Assembly: GCA_965178125.1 (NCBI GenBank)
Contig: OZ237765.1
Location: 62,001-126,000 of the forward strand
DNA length: 64,000 bases
Source: Bilabrum cf. latius
Lineage: Eukaryota
Reading direction: 5' to 3'
Under the pieces are notes generated by a model that saw only the letters and a list, made by a program, of their open reading frames with translations, was not told the origin of the DNA and made no database searches. The first letter of the stretch is position 1, and each line of letters starts with the position of its first letter. Below, one piece after another: positions 39,317 to 52,147 of this stretch. Made by a program: the position numbers and the translations under genes.

Positions 39317-40999
39317 TCACTCATCCTGGAATTGGCCCACATACTCGAAAGGAGCTTCGAGCCTTCGATCGGTATAGTAATACCCATCCATTCCGTTGCT
39401 ATTCGTTCTATAGAAGTCCGAGACCGTAGCCTGCTGGTACAGGACCATGTCGTCGCCCCACAGCCCCATCAACTTGATTGTGGGCCGAATGTAAGACGTG
39501 ACGGTGTGCCACAGATACGCCCCGCTGTCCATGTCCACGAGAGCGAGATCTCCCACGCGGTCGCACTCCTCTCCCGTGATGACGAGTGCACACTTCTTTG
39601 CCTTGCCGTGGGTATCCGTCTTCCAATCGAACTATCCGCGATCGTTCAGCGTCTCCAGGACGCAGTCGTCCGTTAGTATCACAGCCCTCTTGTTGTCGGC
39701 CTCTGGCTGCCGGAGCGACTGCCCCATGGCGAGCACCTCATTTTCCCACAGAGAGTCCCCCTTGGCGGCAGGTCGCTTAGCGAGCGCCTGGGGGTCGCAG
39801 CGAGGAGGAGCCGCCCCTTCGATGGCTGCTTGCAGGGCCTTCGTCTTGCGACCATTGCCGAAGGTGCTGTCGTCGTTAGGACTATCCAGGTCATCCGACC
39901 CTGTCCGCCACACGATAGCACCTCCCGGCTGGGACAGGACGACATCCCCGTCATCCTACAGACGAAGGGTGTCTGCACTCGGGTCCATCAGTGAGGCAGG
40001 CACCCGCCATACGTACTGCCCGGAGGCGCTGTCCACGATGGCCAGGTCGCCTTGGGTGTCGCACCCCTCCGCCGTGACGACGAGTGCACACTTCCCCTCG
40101 GTACCCTTGTTATTCGTGCGGGTCGCGAATATCAACTTACCCCCCCGGTACACCACCAGATTGCAGTCTTTCTGCATGCGCAGCTCGAACGCATCCTACT
40201 CGCCCGCCCTCAAGGCGGCCCCGGCTCTCAGCACCTGCCCTGGAGACAGCACGTTGCCGTCGGTCACTTGCTTGTATGACGATTGCAGGGCCCCTGCATC
40301 GCAGTGCAGACTGTGCACGTCCTCTCGCACCTCCAGATCGTAGTAAAAGTACCCCCTACTTCTCGAATACCTCCTCGAATGTGAGTTGCTCCACAGCTTA
40401 TGCCCGCCTTCCTGAAAGAGAATGGCATTACCGTCCTCCATGGCCTGAAACACGTCGACCTCGGGTGCGAAGAGAGATGATTGCAGCCGCCAGATGTACT
40501 TGCCCGTATCCGTGTCAACGATGGCCAGGTCTCCCTGCGTGCTGCACGATGCATCCGTCAAGACCAGCGCGCAGTGGTTGGCATGCTTCTCGTTGTTGGG
40601 GGTGGAGACGAACACATCTTCCTCAACACCATACCTTTTCGTCTGATGAACGACCAGTCTGCAGTCATTCCGGAGCCACACTGTCGTCTTATCCTTGACC
40701 AGGGCATTCTCGTGCATGCCGCCGGCGCAGTGCAGAATCTCGCCCCTCTGCAGCCTGTCGCCCTTTGCCGGCTTCCTCCCGGCCAAGGCGCTCACGTCGC
40801 AGGACAACGAATCAAGTTTGTCAAAGCTCGGGTTTGCCTTCCACTTCTGGCGCGTATGGTGGCTGCTGCTGGCGTGGACCGAGGTCGACGACATAGAGCC
40901 AGCGCTGCGAAGGTGCTGCTGGCCTGCTGCTCGTCGCCCGTGCACACTGACCGCCGAACAGGCGACAAGAGCCACCAAAATAGAAACGATTGATCGCAT
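39317..40999 (-). CDS. Secreted bulb-type (GNA-like, mannose-binding) lectin with three internal repeats
   Basis: Signal peptide MRSIVSILVALVAC. QxDxNxVxY-type motifs (MQKDCNLVVY, LRL*DDGDVVL, MEDGNAILF) and a thrice-repeated CALV...GDLAxVD...YxW. TAGs at 40196, 39956 and 39632; stop TGA. Confidence 0.75.
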
Positions 41000-42470
41000 T
41001 CCAGTAGAACTCAGGCTGATACGACTGGTGGTGTTACCCTTTCTGCACGGAGGTTTGTGTGAGTCGGGAGAAGACACTAGCGGACGCCGAAAGTAAGATT
41101 TTTTGAGAGGTTAAAATAGCACGTTTCATAGCATTGCGTCCCCCGCGCTCATTCGGATAGAGCGCACGATTGCACGGTCCTCGGAACGTACAGCTGTCAA
41201 GGTGCTGGCCAACCAAGTGGTGCAGGTGCTCAGAAACCAGCTGCGCCAGCAGGAGCAACTGACATGCAGGCAGTGGATGCGTGGTGATGCGGCGGCTGCC
41301 TTAGCCGCCACGGCCACGCAGGAGCTGATAGCGGCAACCAATGCGAACGCCCGACTACAGCGACGGATTTTCAAGCCCCACGGCTTGCTAAAGGATATAG
41401 AGAGGCAATGGGCCAAAGGCATGAGCGCGTGCATGCTCGCCTCTCTGAAGGATCGTGAGACGCAGAGACGGTCATGGAGGAGGAAATGGTGGGTCTCGAC
41501 CGGGGACCCCGATGTGGGACTGGACCGCGCCTTGTGCCGGGCACACGCTCCGCACCTGTATGCTTTCTCCTTGTGAAGGCAACAGGCTGGGGGCCTGTGG
41601 GGGACCACACTGATGGCGAAGAATGGGAACTCGGCGGCATAGGCTGAGAACGGGGGGCCTTTGGCCTGAAAGGGTCGGGGGTCTTGTAGTCCTTTGCTTT
41701 TAGGGCTCCTCTGGATCTAGGTGATCACCCAAACCCCCTCGGGGGCGACGGTGCATCTGGGTGCTTATGGAATCTTTACCCAACAATGTATTTCTGTATT
41801 TCTGTATTTTCCCCGCAGCGTGACTCCCCCCAAAGCTACTTCGACCGGAAGGAAACATCTCACTGGTCAGCTCAAGCCATGGGGGCTGCCAGCTGTGCTG
41901 CTTCTCCGTGGAGGTTCTGCACATCCGATCTGGATCTGGAGCTCCCACCGCATGCGCTGGCACTGCTGGGGGATCATGATGTATAAGACCGGCATGGTCG
42001 GGTCAAGGCCATCTGCCTCGTCCCCAGTGCCTTCAACCCCTTCAGCTGGTAGCACTCTTGCCGGGTTCGCAGCCTGCACTACGTAGCTACCTCCGCGGGG
42101 GAGGATACGAATATTGATTTGTGGTCGTCCTGGTTGCGTGCGATTCTCGAGATTTATGCGGCAACTTGGGTAGATGGGCGTTTTGGCATGTCCTCCGACC
42201 AGCAGAAGACCAAGAAGGGGATTAATACTTTGTATGAGTTCTTGAATATGATTGCATTCTTTGGTCGATTTGGAGCGATGGATGGTACCGGTCTGGTTGT
42301 GAATGAGACTTTGGTCAATACTATGCCAGTAGTGGGCATGCGTGGCTTGTTTGGCCAGTACTGCTTTCGACGCTTGCTTTCTATCTTATGCACCCATCCA
42401 ATTTTCGTGACTCGCGACTATCCGGATTCGCGCGCTCATCGCCGGTAGTGCCCCGGCGGCCACCCGACCG

Positions 42471-43763
42471 TCACAGCTACTTTGTGCAGGTTGGATTGCA
42501 CCAGTGCGGGGGCTGCGCCTCCAGCTGGCAGCTCGGCAGGTACGTGTGTTCCTTGGCCGGCTGCAGACCAGAGGCGCTCTCAGCACTCCCTCCACCGAAG
42601 TTCCCGAACCACCAGTCCTCGAAGGCAAACCGGAACACCTTGCCCCCGATGCTCGCCTGGACCCAGTCGTGCCCCAGGGAGGCCATGTGGACCTGGCAAC
42701 TGTGCAGAAAGGCCCCGTTCCCCGGCTCGCCAAACTTGGTGATCCCCTGTAGCCGGGTCACCATGGACTGTGCATACGCGTTGTACACGGGCATCTGCCC
42801 TGGGGTGCACTGCGTGAAGTTGGCCCCGCACGCTTGCCAGCCTTCAAGCGCATTGCACGACATCGCGCGGGGGTCCCAGGACATGGGCGTGATCTTTGAA
42901 GTGAGCTCGCACTTCAACTGCCAGCTGTCCCATGGCGAGTTGATGATGAAAGTTGGCACCTGTGAGTGCTAGTACGCGTGGCTTGCGAAAAAGCACCGCC
43001 ACTCCTCGCCGGGCTTCTGGGCCGACACGCAGGCAGGGATCAGCGCCTCGGACACGTTCTGGATGCCAACTACATTGCGGATCAATTCTTCATAGATGGA
43101 GCTGCCGACTGCGTTCGGATGGTCTAGGAAGAAACCGCTGCACGGAGCAGCGCCCACCTGTGCTCGCTTCCCGTACCGCCCCGCGATGTACGGGGCGTGC
43201 AGGTAGGCCGCCAGCCCGCCTGCCGAGCCGCCCGACACCAGCACCTGCTTGGCATCCAGCAAGCCGTACCGCGCTTCAAGGTCATGCAGGATGGCCTGCA
43301 GATTCGCAAAGCCGCGGTAGTACACCTTCTACCCGTTGACGACGACCGGATCGCTTCGATAGCCGGAGAACGACGCGCCATCAGTGTAGGCTAGCCTGAC
43401 GAGGTTTGCGCCAGCCAGCGAGTTGTAATCTGGAAAAGCACTCTCGGTACCGTAGTACGAAATGACGGTACTCGACAGGTTCTTGGAAGATCCAAGGGTG
43501 CTATTGGCTCGAGCTGCACAGTAGATGTCGTCCCAGCACCATCCTCCTCCCTAGAAGAACAGCACCCAGGTGTCGGCAAGGGATGTATTGGTCGACTTTT
43601 TGATCCAGTATGCCGGCACAGATCCGTCAAGGCTCGCAGCACCGTACCGCTCCGCAGTATCGCTTGGGACCAGCTGCAGCTCCAGTGGCTTCGGGGTAGC
43701 CTGAGCCAAAGCGCTCGCATAGAACATTCTGCACGCAATATATGCAATTGCTACAGTGCGCAT
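42471..43763 (-). CDS. Pectin acetylesterase / Notum family hydrolase, secreted
   Basis: SLDGSVPAYW, WVLFF*GGGWC, YTDGASFSG, YYRG, catalytic GGSAGG, CFF, DSWQL, AFLHSCQVH and CNPTC. TAGs at 43551, 43329, 42969 and 42477; stop TGA at 42471. Confidence 0.9.
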
Positions 43764-43922
43764 GGCGGATACCTGATCTGAACGCCACGCAAAGATCCTG
43801 ACTCGCGCCGTGCTGCAGTGCACTCCACCATTCAATGAAGCCTGCTGTGCCACCATCGGTTCGAAGAGTCCACAGATTTTGAGATCGTGTCTCTTGTGTC
43901 AGGTACTCCGTCAAAACCTCAT

Positions 43923-46900
43923 TCACTACCGAGCCGCCAGCTCCGCCGCCGCCACCCGGTCGAGCACCTCCTTCACCTGCCCCACCCAGGGCTCCTCCTT
44001 GACCTCCTCGGGGGCACTCTCTAGCCTCTCCCACACCCCCTGCAGCCGCAGCCTGCCTGCAGACAGCTCTCTCGCCCTAGCCTCCCTGTCCTCACCCTCC
44101 CCTGCACCCCCCTCCCCCTCCCCTTCTCCCTCTCCATCTGCCTGCAGCAGCAGCTCTGCTAGCCTCACGTGCGCAGAGCACAGGTCCCTCCTGCCCTTCC
44201 CATCACCCCCCTCGCCGCCCTCTGCCCAGCGAGGATGCGCCACTGCAATCGCACGGCATCGTCTCTCCAGCGATACCCGCCAGGCCACTGCATCCCCGCG
44301 AGCCGCAGCCAGCTGTTCCGCCACCTCCCACACCACCGGCTCGGAGCTCAGCGCCCCGCCCAGCGCGTCTACCAGCCCCTGCAGGCGGTCTGCGTGTATC
44401 CTGGGCCGGTTATCGTTGGCATCCCTCAGGCCCCTCCCCTCGGATTGTTCCCTGCCTTCCTCCTCCCCCCCCTCATCATCTCCCCTGGGCCTGGGACCCT
44501 CCAGCTCACCCCCAGCTCCAGTTTGACCACCCTCCTGCTCCCCTTCCTCCTCCCCAGAGTCCTCCCCTAGATCCACCCTGCCCGCAAGCGCGTCCCCCAG
44601 CCGACCAAACACGCCGCTTAGATCACCCGACTTGCCAGCACCGGCACCGGCACCCACACCAGCACCACCTGCAGCCGTAGCCCCAGCCCCATCGCTTCCA
44701 CGGGCTGCCTTGCCCCTCCTGTCAACCCCGAGGTCGTCCGACTCACGCAGCGACTCGCATACCACTTTAGCCACCCCTCTGAGGCACACGGGATCGATCC
44801 CCGGATTGCCCGGGTCCGCAGCCCGGCCCTTGAGCTCGAGCAGCCTGCGCATGGCGTGGATCGCCTGGCCGTACTCCCTGGCGTGGTAGGACGTCCGGGC
44901 GAGGTTCTGCCACAGCCTCCAGTTCTGCACGTTCCCCCGCACCGCGTGCTGGGATGCCTTCGCAGCCGCGGACCACCGCTCCAGCCTCCCCAGGATGGCA
45001 GCCAGATTGCCCCACGCCTCGTGCTGGTCCCCGTTCCTCGCCGTGCTGCGGTGGAATGAGTGCGCCGCCGCGAGGAGGAGAGCGTCCTCCCTGCTGTGCC
45101 CCAGTGCGATGAGCTCCACCACCTGGGGGATGTCCAGGGGGTGCGGGCGGTCGGATGGGGCCGTGGCGCGCACCACAACAGAGGATGAAGATGAAGATGA
45201 CTCTGTGCCTGTGCCTGCGGCCTCGGCCTCTTTCGACTCCGACGCACCCCCGCTCGTCACACCGCTACCATCACTCATCACACCTCCGACGGCCTCCTGC
45301 TCCGCTCTCTCCCTCTCCCTCTCCTCTTTGGCCTTCTGTGCCCTGGCATCGTCCGCCAGCCGCATGAGGGCAGCCCCCAGAGAAAACCACTCGATCGCCC
45401 GCTGGCTGTCCAGCTCCAGCCCTTCGTGCAGGAGGGCAGCCGCACCCGCCCACTGACTCCTCCTCAGGTATCTCATCCCCAGGGCGATCCTGGCCCTCCC
45501 GTTCCTCCTCCCCGACAGCTTCCAGGCCTCCTCGAATGGACCGTCCTCGTCCACCACCACGCCGAGGAGGCTCCACAGCCGGGGGGTGGGTGCCACGGCC
45601 AGCCGCGCCCGCAGCACCGCCTCTGCCCTCCTCTGCCTCCCTGAGCTCGCGTAGCACTCCACGAGGTCCTCCCACACACACAGCCGCTCGTACAGCGTGC
45701 TGGCCTCCACCATCAGCCCGTTCCTCGCGTCGTGGTCAGCGGTCAGCCGCAGCAGCTCCCACTGAGCGGGGTAAGGTGCCACTCTCGCCTCGCTCACTCG
45801 GGCGGCGGCCTGCATCGCGCGCGCCTCGGACTTGCACAGGTCAGCCGGTTGCAACCGAAGCAGCGCCTCTAGGGTCCTGTCTCCAGATCCGGCCGAAGCA
45901 GGGGTGGGAGCATCGCCGCCGCTGTCGTCGTCACCGTCCCCCCGCAGCAGCGTCAGCACCTCCCTCATCACACCGTCCTCGTCACCTGCCCCCGCTGCAG
46001 TGTCCTGCACCCCAGCAGCCCCCAGTGACGAGGACGAGGTCGAGCTGCTGAATGCCCGCAGCCCGTCCTCCGCTGAAGGGGGCCCTTCCCCGTCCTGCCC
46101 CGCCTCCCTCTACTCCGCTCTAGCCCACGCCGCCGCCTGCCCCGCCCTGTGCTGCTCCACCAAAGCCTGCAGCTGCATGAGCGCCCGGTCGGGTGCCCTT
46201 GTTCCCCCGAGCTCCGCCTGGCTACGGAGGAGCAGAGCAGCGCTGTGGGTGAGCCAGCCCAGGGGGCGGGCGGTCAGCCGGAGAACAATCGCGTCCACCT
46301 CGCGCTCCTGCAGTGACGAGTGAGCAGACTTCCCGGTGCTGCCATTGGCCAGTGCCAGCACGGCGCACTGCCCTAGCAGAGACAGCGGGGCCTCGCTCGA
46401 GTGCACAGGCACCAGCTCGCTGCCCTCAGCCCCCTTGCCCCTGCCCTCATTCTCTCGCACCACCGGTCTCTCGAGGAGGTGCGTCCCCGGCCTGCAGTCC
46501 TCGATCCAGACCTCTCGTACGCCGAATGGGCCGTTTCTACCCAGCGCGTACACGCTCGGGCCCGCAGGGGTAGCGGCGGGGGAACCTTCGGCACCCCCAG
46601 GGGCACCCCCGGGGAACTCTCCCTCGGCGGCAGGAACCTTCGCTGATGAACCCGTGCCTTCGAGCGGTGCACCAGCCCCTGCCCCTGACGACGCACTACC
46701 GTGCGATGCACCCTTCCGCCCGGCCCCATGCCCCGCCACGCCCACCCACGCACCCTCCGGCGGCTCCTCCTCTCCGGCCCTCAGCACCAGCAGAGTCACG
46801 TCCTCCTGCTGGTGCTTGGTGCGGCGGCCCATCACTCCATCCAGGTGCGACTTGACCCCCGCGTCACGAGCGGCCAGCAGCGCCGAGGTCTGGCTCGCGC

Positions 46901-49175
46901 CTGGCCTGCCCGCCTGCTCCTGGGCCTGCGCCCACTCCAGCAGCAGCCGCGCGGACATGCGCCGGGCCGTCCACAGCAAGGCAGCTTCCTGTGCCGTTGT
47001 TCCCTGTGCCGTTGTTCCCTGGGATGTCTCCCTCTCGTCCCTCCAGGCCAGCACCCCGGCCGACAAGGGGGGTGCATCCCCCAGCACCGCATCAGCTGGA
47101 TCCATCACCAGCACGCCCTTGTCCTCGTCACCCACCGATGCACCGGCCCCGGACGAAGGGCCCGAGGCGCGCCCCAAGCCCAAGCCCGTGGCCTCGCTCG
47201 TCTCCTGCTCCTGCAGCTGCTCCCGCATGCCGCTGATGGACCGCACCCCACTGGCCCCCCGCAGCAGCAGCTGCCCCGCCGCCACCCTCAGATCCACTCC
47301 GTCAGTCTCCGATGCAGAGAACACGCGGCCGTGAGTCTAGAAGGACACACCGATGGCGGGTGCGCTTGCGCCTGTGGCGACAGCAGCAACAGCAGCAGCA
47401 GCGGACGACCCACTGCTGCTTCCCTCGCTCCCCGGCCCATCTGACGCTCGCAGGGCTGCTTCCCGCCTCTCCTTGAGACTCGCCTCCATCCCCGTGACCC
47501 CGAGAGCCCCCGGGGGAGCCCCAAGGTGGGGACACCACCTCCCCCCCGCCCTGGAGAAGCACTCCCTCGTGCTCGCCCACAGGTCTTCGGCTGCCTCCAG
47601 GGGCTTGCGCACCAGCGCCCGCTACCAGGCGGCCAGCGCCCGCCCGCACCACCAGTAGTCCGTCCCGCCCGCCAGCTCCACCGTGCCACGCAGCGCCTTC
47701 TGCTCCTCCGACCCAGCCGCGGATCTGCTGCCGCCCTGCCCCCCGCGGCCCAGCGCAGACTCGGCCGCGGCCCGCCCCTAGGCCCGCATCTCCGCCGCCG
47801 TAGCGTCCTCGAGGGCGGCGGCCACCTCGTCCCCGCTCCCGGCCTGCTCGAATGCCGCGGTCCCGGGATCGATTCCCGCTACTGCTGCGGCCAGCGCACA
47901 GGCAGTCGCCAGCCAGTGCGGCGCCGGGCTCCTCTCATACAGCTCGTGCCCACCTGCCGCCAGACTGGCGAGACACGCCCCCCTGAGGGCCCCCCGCGGG
48001 TGCTTCATGCGAGCGATCACCTCCTGCGTCGTGCTTCCGGTTTTCTCCGCGCTGTCTTCGTCTGGACCCTATTCCTCACCCTCGTGCTCATCCCCCCCCT
48101 GCGCTCCCGCTCCCGTGGCAGCGGCACCCGTGGCACTGCCCTTGCTGGAGGCTGGGTCCGCTTCGAAGGCGCCCTCACTCTCGGTCGCGTCTGCCTGCGC
48201 CCGCGCCGCCAGCGCTCCAGTCGCGGTGACTTTAGGCCCATCCCCCCCGACCCTCTCCCCCGCGCCCACGTGCCGCACCACCCGGCTCTTGTCCGCACTT
48301 GTCACACCACCGGCCGCCTCTCTCGCGGCCCTGTCTGCCGCCCACCACTCCCTCTGGACGTCTTCGCCCCCCGCGGCCGCCTCTAGTTCCCTGGGTGCCA
48401 CCAGGTCCAGCCAGGCGGCGGCGAATGGCAGCGGGCACAGCCGGGCGCGCTCTGCCTGGGACATGCGCGGGCCCGTGAGTGCCAGCCGCTGGTAGAGTCC
48501 CAGCAATGCCGCCACCACGCAGCGCGAGCAGAGCAGCCGCAGGGCGGCGGGAGACGCTCCGCGCTTCAAGGCGCCGGCCTGTGCCAGCGCGGCAGGCGGC
48601 GAGGGTGCTACCCCATCCGGGAGCTCAGCCAAGATGGCTTCCTCGTTGGAAAAATAGCCAGATTCGGGATCTTCCTCCTCGCGCCAGCCCGCGAGCGACT
48701 GCGCCAGTGCGGCGCCGCTGGCCCCGTGGCACTCGGCTTCCGCCCGTGGAGTGGGCGGAACCAGCCGAATTCCGCGCTGCACGAACAGAGAAACCCGCGA
48801 TCGAAAGAAAGATAGTAAACTCTGCATTCGATCCAGTCGGGGGGGCTCGGCACCCTCCTTGCGGGGCCTGTGGGGACCGAGAAGGAACCTTCCGGCATCT
48901 GTTCCCGTAAGCACCTGCTCGAACCTGCCAAGCGAAACTAGAGAGGCGCACCGCAACGATTCTGCTGCAATACTTGCCCATGCATGTTCAAAACCAAGGG
49001 AGGAATGCTTGATGCGGCGAACGGCCTCCCTCGCGATCGCAAGGACGCGAGTTGCATCCCCAGCCAGCATCGCCTCGTCGCAATCGAGGGGGTCGAAGAA
49101 GACCGGGCGCGGCGGCAGCGAATCGATCGCCCCACCTTCGTCATCAGAGTCAATCACGTCATCAAATAGGGCCAT
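43923..49175 (-). CDS. TTC27: Tetratricopeptide repeat protein 27 / Emw1-like (about 1750 aa)
   Basis: LDGVMGRRTKHQ, HSAALLLRS...DRALMQLQALVEQ, WEL...YERLCVWEDLVECY, PTPRLWSLLG, FEEAWKLS, EAWGNLA and NWRLWQN. TAGs at 48069, 47778, 47622, 47337, 46110 and 43926; stop TGA at 43923. Confidence 0.85.
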
Positions 49176-49292
49176 CCCGAAGATCAGCTTCGACTTAATG
49201 GCCCGTCCTCGGCCGGGACAGCCTTGGCCAACTCGCGGTTGCAACCTCGCAATGTCATGGGGGCAGGTGTTTGCCTCCCACATACTGAGAAC

Positions 49293-50147
49293 ATGCGGGC
49301 AATGCAGCGGATCTTCCGGCCCGGGCCTGCTTTACGAGCGGTTGCGCGCGGAGGGATTGCAGGCGGGCCGATTCTGGGGGCAGCAGCCATGTGCTACGCC
49401 GCGTCAACAGAGTCCTCGTTCCTCCGAACCGAATCTAGCTCCGCTGAGACCAGGAAGGAAGCCGATAGGTGCCGACCGGTCGTAATTTGTGGACCATCTG
49501 GCGTAGGAAAATCTACCTTGATTTCTCGGCTGCAGGAAGAGTTCAAGGGCAAGCTAGGCTTCAGCATCTCGCACACCACTCGCGACCCTCGAGGGGGCGA
49601 AAAGGACGGCGAGCATTACCATTTCACGACGAACAAAGCCATGCAGGCTGCAATAGATAAAGGTGAATTTTTGGAGCACGCCAACGTGCACGGCCGCATG
49701 TACGGCACGAGCAAAGCTGCGGTGAAGGATGTGAGCGAGCAGGGCAAGGTGTGCCTGCTGGACATCGACATCCAAGGGGTCGAGCAGTGCAGGGAGGCGG
49801 ACAAGAAGGCCGCAGAACTAGCCTTGGAGGCGGAGCACAGCGGATCTCTCGCGGATTTCGGGGGCGTGGATGCAGCTGCCTACGTGTTTGTCGCCCCCCC
49901 CTCTCTGGGCGAGCTGGAGGCCAGGCTCCGGGGGAGGGGCACGGAGAGCGAGGACAAGATCCAGCTGCGGCTGAAGAACGCACTGGGAGAGCTGCGGGAG
50001 GCGAACCACGTGAACTGGACGGCGTGGGTCGTCAACGATGACGTGGAGGCTGCGTACGCCTCTCTGCGGGAGGCGATGCTGCCCGTGTTGGAGGAATGCG
50101 ACAGGTGCAACGAGGGGGGAGCCAAGGGCGGCAAGGGGGGCCGATGA
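49293..50147 (+). CDS. GUK1: Guanylate kinase with organellar-type N-terminal extension
   Basis: RPVVICGPSGVGKSTL, FSISHTTRDPRGGEKDGEHYHF, FLEHANVHGRMYGTS, LDIDIQG and LEARLRGRGTE. No internal TAG; stop TGA. Confidence 0.95.
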   Translation: MRAMQRIFRPGPALRAVARGGIAGGPILGAAAMCYAASTESSFLRTESSSAETRKEADRCRPVVICGPSGVGKSTLISRLQEEFKGKLGFSISHTTRDPRGGEKDGEHYHFTTNKAMQAAIDKGEFLEHANVHGRMYGTSKAAVKDVSEQGKVCLLDIDIQGVEQCREADKKAAELALEAEHSGSLADFGGVDAAAYVFVAPPSLGELEARLRGRGTESEDKIQLRLKNALGELREANHVNWTAWVVNDDVEAAYASLREAMLPVLEECDRCNEGGAKGGKGGR

Positions 50148-50301
50148 CATTGATTGTGTTGTGTTCTCGAAGTAGGCTGATTTGTTTACACAAGGGCCTG
50201 GCGCGTCAGCGTGCAGCAAGCCAACTTGTTTGAAGATGAAGATACCAACACGCCATGACGCGCAGAGATCTGTAGATTGCAAAAGCAAACCCGAGAACGA
50301 C

Positions 50302-52147
50302 ATGCTGCAGTAGTTGGCCTTACTGGCTTCTCTTAGCTTGTATGCTCATGCCAGGGACGATGGACTGGTGTCGGCTCCCCTCATGGTGAGTAGGGGCCAG
50401 AAACCCGCATCAACTAACTGCAAGTGCCAGTCTCCGTAGCTTGGTACGCGGCACCTTGCCTATGCTTTGGAAGAAAAACACCTTATTAATGCATATACAC
50501 TGTAATGGCATGCACGTTGTATACTATATACTGTTGCACGTGAATACTGCTGTTCCGATCTTCGCAGGGCTGGAGCTCTTGGAATTTCTACCACAGGTCC
50601 ATCAGTGATGCCCTATTCCGATCCACCGCCGATGCGATGGAAACAAATGGCTTGCTTACTGCCGGCTACAACGTCATTGCCATCGACGGTGGCTGGTGGG
50701 AGGGTGTCGACACAGGCCACGCAGTCCGGAACTCGACCGGTTACATGGGCGTCGACGCGAAGAAATTCCCCTACGGCATGAAACCGATGGTTGATTACCT
50801 GCACGGTAAAGGATTCTTGTACGAGCACTACACGGATTCGGGCGTCCATTTCTGCAACCGGGATGAGCCGGCCTCGTACGGGTACGAGCACCAGGATGCT
50901 CAGCTCTTCGCGAGCTGGGGCGTGGACGGTGAGCGAGCATCAGAGAGGAGACGAGCAGCTGTGTCCTTGCTTTCCATCCGGCTGCATCACTCTGGTCGCG
51001 CTCAAGATCCAGGCTACTGCACGTGTCATCATCCCCCTCCCTTCCCTCCCCCTCCCCTCCGCGCAGGTCTCAAGCTGGACGCGTGCGGGTCCAAATCGGA
51101 CTAGTGGAAGGACATCCTGACCAAGTGGGACGCAGAGTTCAAGGCGGCCAGCGGAACCTACGGAAGGAACATCTGGATGAACGAGTGAGTGTGTCGAGTG
51201 CGGCCTCGCGCAAAAGCTTGTGTTGTGTGGGGGGCCAATTCAAGCGGTAGCAATTGTGTGTGCACTGCATTGCATGCTGGGAACCCCTCGCAACTCTGGC
51301 CATCTCCCACCATTCCTCTCCTGCCCACCCCCCCCCCCCCGCCTCCAACCCGCATCAACCCCCCCCCCCCCCCCCCAACCCCCCCACCCCACCCCCCCCC
51401 TCCTTCCACAGCTGCCATAACGGGTGCCAGTACGACCTGGGCACGTACCAGGACTGGTGCCCCCAGCTGGCCAACGTGTGGCGCGCCACCAAGGACATCC
51501 AGGACAACTGGGACTCGATCATGTTCAACGTGCACGCAATGGCAGGGCACGGGCACATCCAGGCGCCCGGCCAGTGGGCCACTCCTGACATCCTCGAGGT
51601 GGGCAACTCCCTCTCTGCGGCAGAGGACCAGACCCACTTCTCCCTGTGGGCCATCACCTCGTCTCCCTTGCTCATGGGGAACAACATGTCCGCCATCACG
51701 CCCGAGCTGGTCACGATGGTCACCAACCGAGAGGTCATCCGGGTGGACCAGACCTACTGCGGGAACGGGGGCGACCTCATCCAGAAGTTCCCCAGCACGA
51801 GCACAGAGGTGTGGGCCAAGCCCCAGCCGGGGGGTGCGGTGGCGGTGGTGATGGCGTCTGTGGGTGACCTGAAGGAAGAGACCACCGTGAGCATCCCCCT
51901 GTCCAAGCTCCCCTTCAACACCCCCGGGGTATGCGGGGACAAGGCCCTCGAGGAACACCCCCTGGGTGGGGTCCCCCTGCAGCAGTGGGCCGCACACGAG
52001 AAGAACGGGAGGAACGGCGCCGTGGTGCGGCAGGCAGGTGTGCGGAACCTAGTGACCCACCAGTTCGAGAGCGTGGTGACGGGCAACGTGACCTGCAAGG
52101 TGCAGCAGCATGGGTCGTGCACTCTGCTGGTGACACCCGTGGCATGA
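50302..52147 (+). CDS. GH27 alpha-galactosidase; exons 50302-50385, 50568-50928, 51067-51184 and 51412-52147
   Basis: Signal peptide, DDGLVSAPLM|GWSSWN, IDGGW, KFPYGMK, FASWGVD|GLKLDAC, WRATKDI, PDILEVGN and HFSLWAITSSPLLMGN. Three GTGAG...CAG introns. TAGs at 50311 and 51102; stop TGA. Confidence 0.9.

Noticed and set aside
41126-42450. Degenerate retroelement or small genes (for example ORF 41202-41576)
   Set aside because: No RT, integrase or transposase motif and no terminal repeats are visible, so I left it unannotated.
43540-43565. TAG = Glu, Trp (A-to-I editing), Leu or pyrrolysine
   Set aside because: The PAE site FF*GGGWC allows Glu or Gln, but the GMPPB, TMEM256, lectin, PYROXD2 and TTC27 sites all indicate Gln. 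None fits Trp or Leu.
51323-51400. Poly-C tracts in alpha-galactosidase intron 3 as a functional G-quadruplex
   Set aside because: They are simple homopolymer runs upstream of the acceptor, explicable as a pyrimidine tract or slippage.
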